From the NCBI RefSeq assembly GCF_009914755.1, contig NC_060928.1: DNA of 64,000 nt; one strand, written 5' to 3'. The stretch is from the human T2T-CHM13v2.0 reference genome, Homo sapiens. Every line of letters starts with the position of its first letter. Positions within the stretch are counted from its first letter, which is position 1. The notes beneath the pieces are model-generated. The model made no database searches. It saw only the letters and a program-made list of their open reading frames with translations, and was not told the DNA's origin. The position numbers and the translations under genes were made by a program. Shown here piece by piece: positions 63,290-64,000 of this stretch.

Positions 63290-63440
63290 AAGTTTTAAAG
63301 AATACACAAGGACCAGAATGCAAGGAATCCTAGGACACGGTAAATATTTATACCTGATTTTAAGAGTAATGGAAGGCCATGAAAGGTTTTTAAGGAGAAG
63401 AATGATATGATCAAATAGGCATTTACCAATATCTTTTTAA
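63290..63440 (-). mobile_element. L2 fragment
   Basis: taagagtaatggaaggccatgaaaggtttttaaggagaagaatgatatgatcaaat resembles antisense L2. Confidence 0.6.
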
Positions 63441-64000
63441 TTAAAATCAAAATAAATATTAAAACTTGGATTACCATATAACTGATGGCCTTTTGCCAAT
63501 TGCAATCTATACAATATAAATGTCATTTGTATACAAACTATATATAAAATGTTAGTGACTAGAGTGGTGAATAATACTAGGCTTCTAATGCTTCCTATGG
63601 TAATTCAGTAAAATAATAATGTGTCAAAACAATCTAGTTATAATTCTAAGATTTGCCTTGCATTCAAATTGAGGCATGTCTTTGATTAACAAAGATTTGC
63701 TGGAACTACTATTATAAAGGTTTACTTTAACTTCAAGGAATTAATATTGGCTGCCACTAGCACATGTACAAAGTTGAAATTAAATGTAAATCAAAATTGT
63801 GATGCCCTACAATACCATTAGACATGGCTTCCTGAAATAAGAAAATTCCACTGGAGATACTGATTGTAAAAACAAAAAATGAATTATGACTGATATTCAC
63901 TGAATGCAAAAAAAACAATAATTATATCTGCCACTTCAGTGATATTGCCTTCGCAACTCAAATGTGCTATTAGTGTTTGGCAAAACTTTAAAATAAGGAT

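Overview
This is AT-rich, CpG-depleted human genomic DNA; a near-consensus AluYa5 points to human. I see no recognisable protein-coding gene, structural RNA gene or CpG island, and roughly half of the window is LINE-1. The longer ORFs in the track are broken L1 ORF2 pieces, Alu-derived frames or low-complexity artefacts. The main structure is a deeply nested transposon stack at ~25.5-43.4 kb: an old L1ME contains a split Tigger3b, which contains an L1MA. That L1MA carries an AluJ, an L1PB with an apparent ~1.1 kb 3' transduction (the L1PB itself hosts an AluYa5), and a twin-primed 5'-inverted L1PA15/16 (hosting an MSTA LTR and an AluS). Downstream lie a full-length L1PA15/16-type element and a tail-less L1PA5/6 fragment. 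I found no novel biological system; the best lead is the ancient 3' transduction. All family and subfamily calls come from remembered consensus sequences, not a RepeatMasker run, and boundaries of old elements are approximate.
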